A DNA stretch of 64,000 bases from an uncultured Candidatus Saccharibacteria bacterium. GTDB taxonomy: Bacteria > Patescibacteriota > Minisyncoccia > Phycocordibacterales > PALSA-1337. The stretch spans positions 6,411 through 70,410 of the forward strand of contig CAYXWP010000001.1 of NCBI GenBank assembly GCA_964468845.1, given 5' to 3'. Shown one piece after another: positions 8,358 to 17,988 of the stretch. A program made the position numbers and the translations under genes. Position 1 is the stretch's first letter; every line of letters begins with the position of its first letter. The notes under the pieces are model-generated. The model ran no database searches and was not told where the DNA came from. It was given only the letters and a program-made list of their open reading frames with translations.

Positions 8358-9422
8358 TTACCCACACACCTCAATCACCGCCATCTCCAATGGTAAACTC
8401 TCTATATATGCCCTTCCTGTGGCATCATAAGCCTTGAGAAGCGCCAGAAGCATAGCCGAGTTAATTCCAGCCTTACCTTCAATCTTTTCGCTAGCAAGGA
8501 CTTCTAGCACCTTCCAGTCATCTTCCGAAACCTGCTCTTGTAAAGTTTTTGCTAAGGCAGGAGCATTTTTTAAAAGCAAAACCAAACGAACTTTTTCTAG
8601 CACTAGCGAAGCAAAAGTTTTCATGGAAATATTGTCTTCTCGAGCAAGGGAAATTACAGAAAGAGCCTTTTCTTTTTCGCCATGTGCTAGAGCAATTATA
8701 AAATCATTTACAAGACTTCCCTTCGGAGCACCAGTTATCATTTCAACTTCCTTGATAGTGACCTTCTTTTCATCCGCTGTACTTATAACCTTCTGAAGAA
8801 TTCCAAGTGTGTCACGGAAAGATCCATCACCAAGAAGTGCGATCAGGTCAGCAACACCAGTTTCAAGTGTATACCCTTCTTTCTTCGCAACTTTTGAAAC
8901 CAAAGTTTTCAAAATATCTCTTGTAGGTTTCTTGAAAGAAAAAACTTGGCAACGAGAAACCACAGTTTCAGGGATTTTATCTGTTTCTGTTGTGGCAAGT
9001 ACGAAGATAGCATGTGCGGGTGGTTCCTCCAGAGTTTTCAAAAGTGCATTAAATGCCTCCTTCGTGAGCATATGAACCTCGTCGATTATATAAACTTTGT
9101 AAACAGACTCAAAAGGCAAAACATTGACCCCATCACGAATCTCACGAATATCATCAATACCTCTATTTGATGCCGCATCAATTTCATAAACATCATTATC
9201 ACTAACACCTAGAGCTCTAGCAAAAATACGAGCAATGGATGTCTTTCCAGTCCCTCGACTTCCAGAAAAAAGATACGCATGCGCAATACGCTTTAATTTC
9301 AATGAATTCTCTAAAACACTGACGATATGGTCCTGCCCAATAACATCTGACCAATCATAAGGGCGATGCTTTCTATATAGAACTGATGAATTTCCTGAGC
9401 TTTCAGTTGTTTTCTTTGACAT
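8358..9422 (-). CDS. dnaX: DNA polymerase III subunit gamma/tau
   Basis: LYRKHRP, GSRGTGKTS, EIDAASNRG, IIDEVHML, AFNALLKTLEEPP, SRC. Confidence 0.95.
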   Translation of the reverse strand: MSKKTTESSGNSSVLYRKHRPYDWSDVIGQDHIVSVLENSLKLKRIAHAYLFSGSRGTGKTSIARIFARALGVSDNDVYEIDAASNRGIDDIREIRDGVNVLPFESVYKVYIIDEVHMLTKEAFNALLKTLEEPPAHAIFVLATTETDKIPETVVSRCQVFSFKKPTRDILKTLVSKVAKKEGYTLETGVADLIALLGDGSFRDTLGILQKVISTADEKKVTIKEVEMITGAPKGSLVNDFIIALAHGEKEKALSVISLAREDNISMKTFASLVLEKVRLVLLLKNAPALAKTLQEQVSEDDWKVLEVLASEKIEGKAGINSAMLLALLKAYDATGRAYIESLPLEMAVIEVCG

Positions 9423-9426
9423 ATGC

Positions 9427-10485
9427 CTATTGTAGCATTTTCAAATATTCTTTAACAATTCCTTCAACCTCCTTCAAACCATCACTTTCCATTAGCTTCA
9501 CTCGCAATTCTTTCGCACCTTCCCAACCAGAAACATAAGCTTTGAAATGTTTTTTCATGTTTGCAAAATTCTTTACCTTACCAAGCTGCTTGTCGAAAAG
9601 TTTTGCATGTTCAAGCATCGCTTTTAGTCTTGTCTCAACGGGAATTTCCGCAGGTGTTTTGCCTGCAAAAAACCAAGGGTTGCCAAAAATTCCTCTTCCG
9701 ATCATTGCCCCATCACATCCACTTTCTTTTACTTTCTGGCGTGCATCCGCAAGACTTATAACATCACCATTTCCTATCAAAATAGTCTCTGGGGAAATGC
9801 GATTTCGAAGTTCAACAATCTTTGGCATTAAATCCCAATGTGCCGGAAAATCCGACATTTCTTTGCGAGTTCGCAAGTGTATCGTCAGCGCCGGCAACTT
9901 TTGCTCGAGTAAAAACTCAATCCAAGATAAATCAATTTTATTGTAACCAATTCTTGTTTTAACAGAAACTGGGATTTCTAGCCCCACATCCTTTACCCCC
10001 GCCCTCGCAGCCTCAATAATTTCCTTTGCAAGCTCAGGGTTCTTCATCATGCTCGCCCCTGCACCTTGTTTCTCTATAGATCGATCTGGACAACCCATAT
10101 TTATATCTATTCCATCAAAACCAAGTTTAGCAACTATTCCACAAGCTTCATGCATTTTGTCCGGGTGAGCAGAGAAAAGCTGTGCTACTATCGGCTTCTC
10201 TTTTTTTGAAAATTTTAAATCATTTAGCAAAACCTTTCTTCCGGCAGAGCAGAGCCCATCTGCAGAAACGAATTCAGTCCACATCACGTCTGGCTTGCCA
10301 TATTTCGCAAACATAGAACGAAAAGCCACATCAGTGACATTTGCCATAGGGGCAATAACAAAAACAGGCTTCTTGAGCTTTACCCAGAAGTTTAAACCGT
10401 CCACAGAACTATTTACACTGTGCACTGTGACTTTTTTAACATTCTTGACGTTTTTAGATTGAGTCTTCCCTTTCTTCATAGACAA
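9427..10485 (-). CDS. dus: tRNA-dihydrouridine synthase
   Basis: APMANVTD, IDINMGCP, SVKTRIG, IGNGDV, MIGRG..GNPW. Confidence 0.93.
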   Translation of the reverse strand: MSMKKGKTQSKNVKNVKKVTVHSVNSSVDGLNFWVKLKKPVFVIAPMANVTDVAFRSMFAKYGKPDVMWTEFVSADGLCSAGRKVLLNDLKFSKKEKPIVAQLFSAHPDKMHEACGIVAKLGFDGIDINMGCPDRSIEKQGAGASMMKNPELAKEIIEAARAGVKDVGLEIPVSVKTRIGYNKIDLSWIEFLLEQKLPALTIHLRTRKEMSDFPAHWDLMPKIVELRNRISPETILIGNGDVISLADARQKVKESGCDGAMIGRGIFGNPWFFAGKTPAEIPVETRLKAMLEHAKLFDKQLGKVKNFANMKKHFKAYVSGWEGAKELRVKLMESDGLKEVEGIVKEYLKMLQ

Positions 10486-10493
10486 CCATACTA

Positions 10494-11486
10494 CTACATC
10501 ACGGCCTCATCAAGCAAGTCAAGAGTATCATTATCACGCATTGAGCTTCCGAGGAGAACCACAAGAAAAAGTTTTTCGCTTTTACCAATTTTAAACAAAG
10601 AAACACCTGTTCTGTTTGCTTCAGTGGTATATCCGTTTTTTCCACCCGCATACACACTCAAATTTAGAAAATGTTTTGGGTTGGTCCAAGTATGAGTTCT
10701 CAGCGACTTTGTCTTATTCATAGTATTATCAAAAATTTCTGGATCATTATTTAAAATCCATTTTACGATAATAGATATGTCCTGTGAGGTCGAAAGATTG
10801 TAAGCAGAAAGACCTGACGGATCTCTAAAATATGTTCTGTAGGCACCAATACTATTGACCCAGCTATTCATTTCTCTAATAAATGCTTTTCTTCCTCCGT
10901 AGTATGAAATAGCTAATGCCTCAGCAGAATCATTACTTGAAACCATGAGCAAGGGATACAGCAGTTCCTCTGCAGTCATTTTCTCACCAATTCTAAATCT
11001 TGCCTCATTACCATAAGTGCTAGCCATTTGAGGCGTGATTGCAATGTACTGGTTCTGATCAAGAAGCTTGCGGGCAATTACTGCAGTAACCAGTTTTGTA
11101 ATTGAAGCAATTGGCAAAAGCTTTTCCTGATTTTTTTCAAGAATAGTTTGATTGTCGCTAATGTTTATTACTGAGTATGATTTCGCAGTAATTTTTCTTT
11201 TACTTTCGGTGGCAGGGGCTCCCTCCTTTCTTTCGGCAATTTCAAATCCATTATCAGAAGAATAAATAACCGCATTAGAAATATGTGAAGAAAAAACTGG
11301 ATCTTCTTCATTATTGTCCTCATTAAATAGTTGAAAATCTTCCTCCTGCTGTCTTAATATTTTATCGGAAACATATGGATGCGAGCTGTATGAGTATAAA
11401 AAAATAGCGATCACAGAGAGTATGATACCTGTGGTAATAGCGGTCGACATTGAGTGTATTAGTCCTTTGAAATCATTTTGTGACAT
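10494..11486 (-). CDS. D-alanyl-D-alanine carboxypeptidase (peptidase S11)
   Basis: N-terminal TM; PIASITKL (SxxK), SSND (SxN), GGKNGY (KTG variant); start uncertain. Confidence 0.85.
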   Translation of the reverse strand: MSQNDFKGLIHSMSTAITTGIILSVIAIFLYSYSSHPYVSDKILRQQEEDFQLFNEDNNEEDPVFSSHISNAVIYSSDNGFEIAERKEGAPATESKRKITAKSYSVINISDNQTILEKNQEKLLPIASITKLVTAVIARKLLDQNQYIAITPQMASTYGNEARFRIGEKMTAEELLYPLLMVSSNDSAEALAISYYGGRKAFIREMNSWVNSIGAYRTYFRDPSGLSAYNLSTSQDISIIVKWILNNDPEIFDNTMNKTKSLRTHTWTNPKHFLNLSVYAGGKNGYTTEANRTGVSLFKIGKSEKLFLVVLLGSSMRDNDTLDLLDEAVM

Positions 11487-12327
11487 AGAATATATTATTC
11501 CCAAACCGTAAATTTATATAGTCAAAAACAGGAGGAGTTGAGGTACCCTTCTTTTTTAACACAGAATCATTCCAAAATGCAACAAGATTTGATGCTGTTT
11601 TATCAAATGGAACCTTGTTATCAAAGTACACGACTGCTTCAGACAAATCCTTGTTCTTTATATACAACTCGTATTCATCCTTTTCACTGATGAGTATACC
11701 AACTGTTGAAATTTTTGAATCTTTAATATAGCTAATGAATTTTTGTAATTGTGAAAATAATTTTGTATCAATGAAATATGTTCCAATGATATCCTTTTCT
11801 TCATCTAGACTGACATAGTAATGCGGATACACACCTTCAGAATATAGTGGGGACTCCTCAAAAACATAACCGTCCTTATCTACTGAATAGCATTTCTGAT
11901 CTAGCCCCTCTTCATTGTGAAATCCTCCACAAACTAGCGCTGTAGGAATTCTTTCAACAATGTTTAATCTTATACCAGAAAGTCCACTTCTCTTTATTTT
12001 AATTGAATCAATTTTTTTGAATAAATCGGTCAAGCCATTTTCAACAAAAGTTTCTGGATAGAAAAATGTATTTGTTTTAGGGATAACACCCAAATAATCA
12101 CCATCCAAAAGTTCAAGGGCTTTCCCCTGCAAATCAGAAATATTCATAGTTGTCGTCCCACTCACTTCAACTCTTGAAATTTGTAAAAATTGTAATCGAA
12201 AAAAAAGAATTACAGACAGCAGACAAACAATGATACAAAAGAAAGCCAGGAGCGTAGTTATAATCAACTTCTTTCGCTTTTTTTGAGCTTGTTTTGGTGA
12301 TTGTAATATACGAGAACGTCTTGTCAT
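11473..12327 (-). CDS. FtsQ/DivIB-like cell division protein
   Basis: Basic N-tail, single TM, POTRA-like ISRVEVSG, IVER.P, C-terminal YINLRFGNNIFY. Confidence 0.7.
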   Translation of the reverse strand: MTRRSRILQSPKQAQKKRKKLIITTLLAFFCIIVCLLSVILFFRLQFLQISRVEVSGTTTMNISDLQGKALELLDGDYLGVIPKTNTFFYPETFVENGLTDLFKKIDSIKIKRSGLSGIRLNIVERIPTALVCGGFHNEEGLDQKCYSVDKDGYVFEESPLYSEGVYPHYYVSLDEEKDIIGTYFIDTKLFSQLQKFISYIKDSKISTVGILISEKDEYELYIKNKDLSEAVVYFDNKVPFDKTASNLVAFWNDSVLKKKGTSTPPVFDYINLRFGNNIFYVTK

Positions 12328-12330
12328 TCT

Positions 12331-13605
12331 TTATTTAATGATCTCTTTGCCCATGTATTTCTGTAACACTTCAGGAATTTTTATTGATCCGTCTGCCTGT
12401 TGATAGTTTTCTACAAGTGATACGAGTATTCTTGGTGTTGGAATTGCCGTGCAGTTTAATGAGTGAACATAACGAAGCTTGCCATCAGCGTCTTTGTATC
12501 GAATATTCAAACGACGAGTCTGGAAATCATGAAAATATGAAGCAGATGAAATTTCTCTATATGTATTCTCTTTCGGAACCCAAAGTTCAATATCATATTT
12601 CTTAACCTGACCAAGTCCGAGGTCACCTCCACAATTCAAAACTGTGTGATATGGAATTCCAAGTGACTCGATGAACTCCTCTGTGTTTGTATTTATTTCT
12701 TCATGCAAAGCGACTGATGCCTCGTGACTTGCTTCACATAATACTAATTGTTCAAATTTATAAAATTCATGTACACGTATAAGCCCTTTTACATCTTTAC
12801 TATGTGCTCCCGCTTCACGTCGGTAGCAAGGTGAAAATCCGAGATAACGTATTGGGAATGATTTTTGATCTAGAACTTCTTCACTATGCATTGCCATTAG
12901 AGGAACCTCGGCTGTACCAGCAAGTGCATCGCCATCTTGTGTCATATAGAAATCCTCAACATCACCCGGTAGATGTCCTGTTCCATAAAGATTTATTTTT
13001 CTTACAATTGCAGGAGAAATAACTGGGACAAAATTTTTCCCTTCACCTCTACTATTACTAAAAAATTCCATGGCATATTGCCAGATTGCAAAAGAAAGTC
13101 TAGCTCCATCACCTGTTAGAAAATATCCTCTGAATCCATGGACTTTCGCTCCTCTTTCAAAATCAACCATTCCAAGCTTTGTCATAAGTTCAACATGATC
13201 CTTTGGTTCAAAATCAAATTTTGGTTTCTCTCCCCATGTTTTTATTTCCTTATTATCTTTATCTGTATCTCCATCAGGAACTGACATGTCTGGAATATTA
13301 GGCACACGAAGCATTGCCTCTTGCCATGATTTCATTATTTCTTTAATCGACTCTTCTTCTTTTTGAAGTGCCTCCTTTACAACCTTCATGTCCTCAATCA
13401 TTTTTTGTCTATCCTCCGGTGTTGCTGTAGGAATTTTTTCACTAATGATGTTTTGCTCAGCACGTTTCTTTTCTATAGATGAAAGTATCTCTCGTCTTTT
13501 ATCATCCAATACAATCAATTCATCAATATTAATATTAACGTGTTTTTTCTTTGCCCCCGCTTGCACTACATCCTTATTTTCCCTAATAAATTTTATGTCT
13601 AGCAT
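12331..13605 (-). CDS. serS: Serine--tRNA ligase
   Basis: MLDIKFIREN, GTAEVPL, CYRREAG, GLIRVHEF, EISSAS, DFQTRRL. Confidence 0.97.
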   Translation of the reverse strand: MLDIKFIRENKDVVQAGAKKKHVNINIDELIVLDDKRREILSSIEKKRAEQNIISEKIPTATPEDRQKMIEDMKVVKEALQKEEESIKEIMKSWQEAMLRVPNIPDMSVPDGDTDKDNKEIKTWGEKPKFDFEPKDHVELMTKLGMVDFERGAKVHGFRGYFLTGDGARLSFAIWQYAMEFFSNSRGEGKNFVPVISPAIVRKINLYGTGHLPGDVEDFYMTQDGDALAGTAEVPLMAMHSEEVLDQKSFPIRYLGFSPCYRREAGAHSKDVKGLIRVHEFYKFEQLVLCEASHEASVALHEEINTNTEEFIESLGIPYHTVLNCGGDLGLGQVKKYDIELWVPKENTYREISSASYFHDFQTRRLNIRYKDADGKLRYVHSLNCTAIPTPRILVSLVENYQQADGSIKIPEVLQKYMGKEIIK

Positions 13606-13685
13606 GCATAAATAATATCAGAAAAGACTACATTTTGGAAGAAAGAGGAAGGAAAAAAGAAGAAAAGCCAAAATAACTGCTATAT

Positions 13686-13730
13686 AAAAACAAAACACCC
13701 CGCGTACATCCTTTTACGCGGGGGTGGTTG
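13686..13730 (-). terminator. Terminator of the 13757-14257 gene
   Basis: CACCCCGCGTA/TACGCGGGGGTG stem with A-rich left flank. Confidence 0.6.
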
Positions 13731-13756
13731 AAAGATTTCCCTCTTTCGGGGGTTTG

Positions 13757-14257
13757 CTACGCGGCTTGTTGAACCCACGGAGCAAAGATGCAATTTGAGA
13801 GCTCATCGCAGATAGAGACGCCCATCAGCTCAAGCACCTTGTAAAGCTTTGTCGAGCGCTGATCGTCCTTGACATAGCTCGCAACAAGGACAACCTTGAT
13901 GTCTTGCTCGAGAACTTGAACCTTGAGTGCAACATAGGGGTCATCCGTGATGAATGTGACCTCATGGTCGTGGAAAACCTTTCCACAGAATTCCATGAGC
14001 TGAGGGAAGCCTCCGTTCAAAACGAAGTCAAACTTCGTCGATGTCAGAGGGCAACAACCAAAGTTGTTGTAAGTGACCTGTGCCAGATTTGGACTGCTGG
14101 CCTCTAGGAATGCGAGACATGTACTACCCTCCATCGCGCATGTATTGAGAAGATTGAGCATCTCCCGATGGAATGTTGATCCAGGACGAATCCTGGTATT
14201 TAGTCCCTGCAAATTAAAAATCACAAGGGACGATTTGCTAGTTGTTTCAGTGTTCAT
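13757..14257 (-). CDS. Hypothetical protein (single-gene unit)
   Basis: 166-aa ORF; TTGACA-17-TACTGT promoter upstream; own terminator. Confidence 0.65.
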   Translation of the reverse strand: MNTETTSKSSLVIFNLQGLNTRIRPGSTFHREMLNLLNTCAMEGSTCLAFLEASSPNLAQVTYNNFGCCPLTSTKFDFVLNGGFPQLMEFCGKVFHDHEVTFITDDPYVALKVQVLEQDIKVVLVASYVKDDQRSTKLYKVLELMGVSICDELSNCIFAPWVQQAA

Positions 14258-14364
14258 ACTGCCAAATACAGTATCAGAGATATTATATTATGTCAATATC
14301 ACAAAATATAACGACATGATAATGTAAGTATGGACAGAATACACAGCTCAACCCCTATTTTCTA

Positions 14365-14574
14365 ATGAACATATTAATCCTCCTGATCTGGACTCCAACA
14401 ATCATTTGGTGGGCGCTAACAATTGGCATGTTTATGCGTGGACAACATATCGATGAGTACACGAGTTTCGACAACGGCTGGCATTACTGCTGGGTGTCAT
14501 ACAGAAAGGTAGTGAGCGTCCTTTCGATTCTCCTGCCCCTACCCTACTTCGCCTACATCATGGCGGTTAAGTAG
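14365..14574 (+). CDS. Small two-TM membrane protein
   Basis: 69-aa ORF with two hydrophobic segments; ATCACAG/CTGTGAT terminator at about 14597-14632. Confidence 0.6.
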   Translation: MNILILLIWTPTIIWWALTIGMFMRGQHIDEYTSFDNGWHYCWVSYRKVVSVLSILLPLPYFAYIMAVK

Positions 14575-14798
14575 GCAATCCACTTTTACTTTCGCATCAC
14601 AGACCAAGACGCTTGGCTGTGATTTTATTTTTAGAATGTGAATCATTCTAGATCATTAGGTAATTCCAAGCTATTGAACCATTACGAACAATTTGACATT
14701 CGCGATTTTTCTTGATTAAGTAAATATGGACAAAAGTCGTGAATATTACATAAAGTTTACTTGGAGCCGGAAGTTTCAAGTAATGGGCCGGAAGCTAC

Positions 14799-15452
14799 AT
14801 GGTATTCACAACTCAAGTCCTTTACAAAATGAGAAGCCGAAAACAAACGGAGTTCCTGATGGTTAAACATTTCCTTTCGAGAAATGCTCTTCACTCATTT
14901 GAGCCACTTACAGTATGTGATCAGCTCGTCACAAGAAAACAATTTGATAGTAGCCTAATGGTAATGCTATATAGCATATTATACGGAATACCCATCAGTC
15001 TTGTCTTCATCTTTGGCCCCGCTCAGGTTCCACATCATGTGGAAATTGGCAAGTGTATTTTGTACCTCGCCATCGCAATCTTTCTTATCTTCACAGCCAG
15101 AGCCGGCCTCAAGCTTTTCAAAAAAACTATACATCGACGATACGATAGTGCAGCAACTGACGTAGTTGAAATGCTTTGTGACGCAATATTTAGCTTCAAA
15201 AACCAATTCGGAGCAAACCCAGAAAAACTTGGACCAAAGGGTGTTGCCATCAGGCTTACATCTGTGGCAAAAAAAATATTTGAGTGCAAGGAAAAGCATG
15301 ATGAATACTCTGCTGAAATTGAGCGGGAAAGATTGAGGATTTTGTACGATGCCGCCCAGGTACTTTTCCCGGTCAATACCTACCCAGAGATCTTTGAAGC
15401 TGCAGAAGAAGGCAAAGAAGCACCAGAGTGGATTGCGGATTTTGCAAAATAA
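14799..15452 (+). CDS. Hypothetical membrane protein
   Basis: 217-aa ORF with two TM segments; TTGACA at 14693; GCAGC/GCTGC terminator about 15492-15522. Confidence 0.65.
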   Translation: MVFTTQVLYKMRSRKQTEFLMVKHFLSRNALHSFEPLTVCDQLVTRKQFDSSLMVMLYSILYGIPISLVFIFGPAQVPHHVEIGKCILYLAIAIFLIFTARAGLKLFKKTIHRRYDSAATDVVEMLCDAIFSFKNQFGANPEKLGPKGVAIRLTSVAKKIFECKEKHDEYSAEIERERLRILYDAAQVLFPVNTYPEIFEAAEEGKEAPEWIADFAK

Positions 15453-15525
15453 CCACCTCACAGGAATTTATTGAATTTGGTCTTTCATCCAGCAGCTAGG
15501 TATCAAGCCAGGCTGCTTTTTTACA

Positions 15526-15981
15526 TCAATACACCATTCCAGTTGTATTCATAGTGCTTAGAATTGTCCAAGTATCATCTATTGGGTTAACAACATTGCC
15601 CGATCTTTGAATTAATTCCTTAACTGCCATTTTGTATCTCCCAAGACTTTCCCCTCCATAAATATCTACGTTTGCGTATAATCTACCATCAGAAATTTTA
15701 ATACCTTCACCAGGTCCAAATGCCACTAAGCCTCTTTCAAAAAAATTTACATTCAAAATATTTTTTTCCTTATCAAAAACGTAATGACATGATACGCTCT
15801 GCCCTACGCATCCGGCTTTCTCTAGACGTCCTATAATAGAATCCATAGGAATAGGCTCTATCTGAACATAGCCCTGATAGTACGTTCTAGTGTCACTATT
15901 ACTAATCCAGACAAACAAGATAGCACCAGCTATAACAATTATGACTAGGGCAACAACAAATGTGATTAAAAGTTTTTTCAT
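15526..15981 (-). CDS. Hypothetical membrane-anchored/exported protein
   Basis: MKK plus long hydrophobic anchor; TATAAT 9 nt upstream of ATG. Confidence 0.65.
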   Translation of the reverse strand: MKKLLITFVVALVIIVIAGAILFVWISNSDTRTYYQGYVQIEPIPMDSIIGRLEKAGCVGQSVSCHYVFDKEKNILNVNFFERGLVAFGPGEGIKISDGRLYANVDIYGGESLGRYKMAVKELIQRSGNVVNPIDDTWTILSTMNTTGMVY

Positions 15982-16014
15982 ATATTAAATATTATACAAT
16001 AAGCTTCGGATTAA

Positions 16015-16560
16015 TTAATAAAACCACGGGAAAACCCCGACCTTTTTCTTGTACTCTAAATACTCTAATCCGAATCTACTTTCAAGAAAGCTATCTTCTT
16101 TTTTAATTACATAGTTAATAAAAAATATTGAAGGAACAAGTACAACTATGAAATAAAAATTTAATTGAAGATACAATCCAACACCTATAAACAACGCACC
16201 CATGTAATATGGATGTCTAGTAAAGCGATATGGACCTCCAGTAAACAAAACTCCTCCAGTGTCATCTCCCATAAAACCCCAGTCCTTGTTTCTATTTAAA
16301 CGTGTCCAAATCATAAGCGAAAGGCCGATTAAAGAAAAAACTACTCCAAGTATATATAGCGGCGTATAAATTATTTTTTCAATTACATTCAAAAGCAATA
16401 AAATAGGAAATAGAAAGAATATCGCAACTTCAAACAATTTCCTCCCCCAGTAAATCAATCTTTCAACTTTTTTTATATCCCTTTTACCTTTCATCAAGGT
16501 AAAGCTATTTCTAAAAATAAAGAATGTTAGAAGTACTAATAGTGGAATTATGTTGATCAT
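16015..16560 (-). CDS. Isoprenylcysteine carboxyl methyltransferase/PEMT family membrane protein
   Basis: LFTGGPYRFTRHPYY and KED.FL..RFG.EY.EY motifs. Confidence 0.88.
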   Translation of the reverse strand: MINIIPLLVLLTFFIFRNSFTLMKGKRDIKKVERLIYWGRKLFEVAIFFLFPILLLLNVIEKIIYTPLYILGVVFSLIGLSLMIWTRLNRNKDWGFMGDDTGGVLFTGGPYRFTRHPYYMGALFIGVGLYLQLNFYFIVVLVPSIFFINYVIKKEDSFLESRFGLEYLEYKKKVGVFPWFY

Positions 16561-16579
16561 ATTTATTGGGTTATATAAA

Positions 16580-16987
16580 TTAGCTTTTTCGCAAATATTC
16601 CTCCATTAATTTAATATCATCAAAATCTTTTTGTCTGCCAAGTTCTTTTTTGAATTTAATAAACTCTTCCAACTTTATAAATGGAAAACCATTTATAATA
16701 TCTGCATTATCAATTAAAGATTTTGTATCCCCTATATAATTACCAAACATATAATTAGGCACAATATCTACATTATCTTTATTAAGCATAATTCTACTTG
16801 TACTCAAGCATTGATCACATAGACATTGTTTATACCCTTCTTTAAGTAACTTTTTATACAAATTCGGAGTAACCAAAATATCAAGGTCATGAGCCTCCCG
16901 AATATTATGAGCTGCCATTGCCCCTCCTACAACAACATACTCGCCTGGAGGATAATCAAGTTCCTTTAGTTTTTTGAATATATCCAT
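16580..16987 (-). CDS. Nucleotidyltransferase-superfamily-like protein
   Basis: YVVVGG...IREAHDLDILV and GRQKD..D motifs. Confidence 0.6.
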   Translation of the reverse strand: MDIFKKLKELDYPPGEYVVVGGAMAAHNIREAHDLDILVTPNLYKKLLKEGYKQCLCDQCLSTSRIMLNKDNVDIVPNYMFGNYIGDTKSLIDNADIINGFPFIKLEEFIKFKKELGRQKDFDDIKLMEEYLRKS

Positions 16988-17075
16988 ATAGCTATTATAT
17001 CAAAACCAGCGGTGTATTAAAATTAAGTATTTTACAAGTAATTATTTTTCCTTAAACGTATAAATTTATACAAAG

Positions 17076-17642
17076 TTATTTTCGTGCAATAAAGTTATAA
17101 ATATGCCAATGTTTCGTTCGGCCTTCTTTCGTCTCCTCCTCACGAAAAGTGATGATTTCCATGTCATTTAAATATCCTCTAGCTTCGTCAGCGCTTAAAT
17201 ATGTCATTCCAACAGTCTTTGACCATTGGTCATGATCACCAAACATTTGTCCACAAAATATACCACCCTTTTTCAGCGATAACTTAATATTCGTAATGAC
17301 ACGACCAAAGTGCTCTGGCTCACAATGAGGCAAAGAATACATTGCTGATGCTAAAATATATTCATCAGCAGGAAATTTATAATCTTCAAATGAAGTCACA
17401 AATGTATGCAATCGCTCGTTTTTTATTTCCAATGCCTCTTTCTCTAATAGAGGGCTTTTATCAATAACTGTCACATCGAATCCTTTTTGTAGAAGATACT
17501 TAGTATCCCTCAACGCCCCTCCACCAATATCAATTGCTTTCCCTGTATTCTTAACATACAAAAGAGCCTCAGCAAGCAATCCGTGTGAAGGTTGCGCCCG
17601 TGTAAAATCATAATATTCAGACCAATCTTTTTTATCTGTCAT
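17076..17642 (-). CDS. Class I SAM-dependent methyltransferase (TehB-like)
   Basis: AIDIGGGALRD, VTVID, LKKGGIFCG, KHWH. Confidence 0.85.
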   Translation of the reverse strand: MTDKKDWSEYYDFTRAQPSHGLLAEALLYVKNTGKAIDIGGGALRDTKYLLQKGFDVTVIDKSPLLEKEALEIKNERLHTFVTSFEDYKFPADEYILASAMYSLPHCEPEHFGRVITNIKLSLKKGGIFCGQMFGDHDQWSKTVGMTYLSADEARGYLNDMEIITFREEETKEGRTKHWHIYNFIARK

Positions 17643-17674
17643 AATTAATACTTTAATACTAACACAGCTATAAC

Positions 17675-17836
17675 TGGTGACCCTACAGAGAATCGGTCAC
17701 AGGTCTCGCACTGCTGTGCTCGCCTGCGACCCTGATTCGCTCGCTCCGTCTTTCGATTCTCCGAGCCTCCCTTACGATATGAAAAAGACTAGAACAAGTC
17801 TAGTCTTTTTCAATCGAGTGACCCTACAGAGAATCG
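17675..17836 (-). repeat. 19-bp direct repeat of the tRNA-Glu 3' end enclosing a structured ~120-bp insert
   Basis: GTGACCCTACAGAGAATCG at 17677-17695 and 17818-17836; the distal copy continues into CCA on the minus strand. Confidence 0.85.
17781..17811. terminator. Bidirectional terminator after tRNA-Glu
   Basis: GAAAAAGACTAGA/TCTAGTCTTTTTC inverted repeat. Confidence 0.7.
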
Positions 17837-17890
17837 AACTCTGCTTCCATCCTTGAGAAGGATGTGTCCTAGCCGATAGACGATAGGGCC
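17819..17890 (-). tRNA. tRNA-Glu(CTC)
   Basis: GGCCCTA/TAGGGTC acceptor, CATCC-TTCTCAA-GGATG anticodon arm, CAGAG-TTCGATT-CTCTG T-arm. Confidence 0.95.
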
Positions 17891-17988
17891 GAAAAAAGCG
17901 ATCTGCTTCGCTTTTTTTAATACCGCTCGAAGAGCGCTGACCGTTGTTGAGCGAAGCGAAACAGGTCAGTACTACAATAAAACAAAAA

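Noticed and set aside
10630-10650. KNG instead of KTG in the S11 peptidase
   Set aside because: SxxK and SxN are intact; one variant residue is not enough to call it inactive
14766-14794. GCCGGAAG repeated at 21-bp spacing before the 14799 gene
   Set aside because: Only two 8-mers and not seen elsewhere; may be chance
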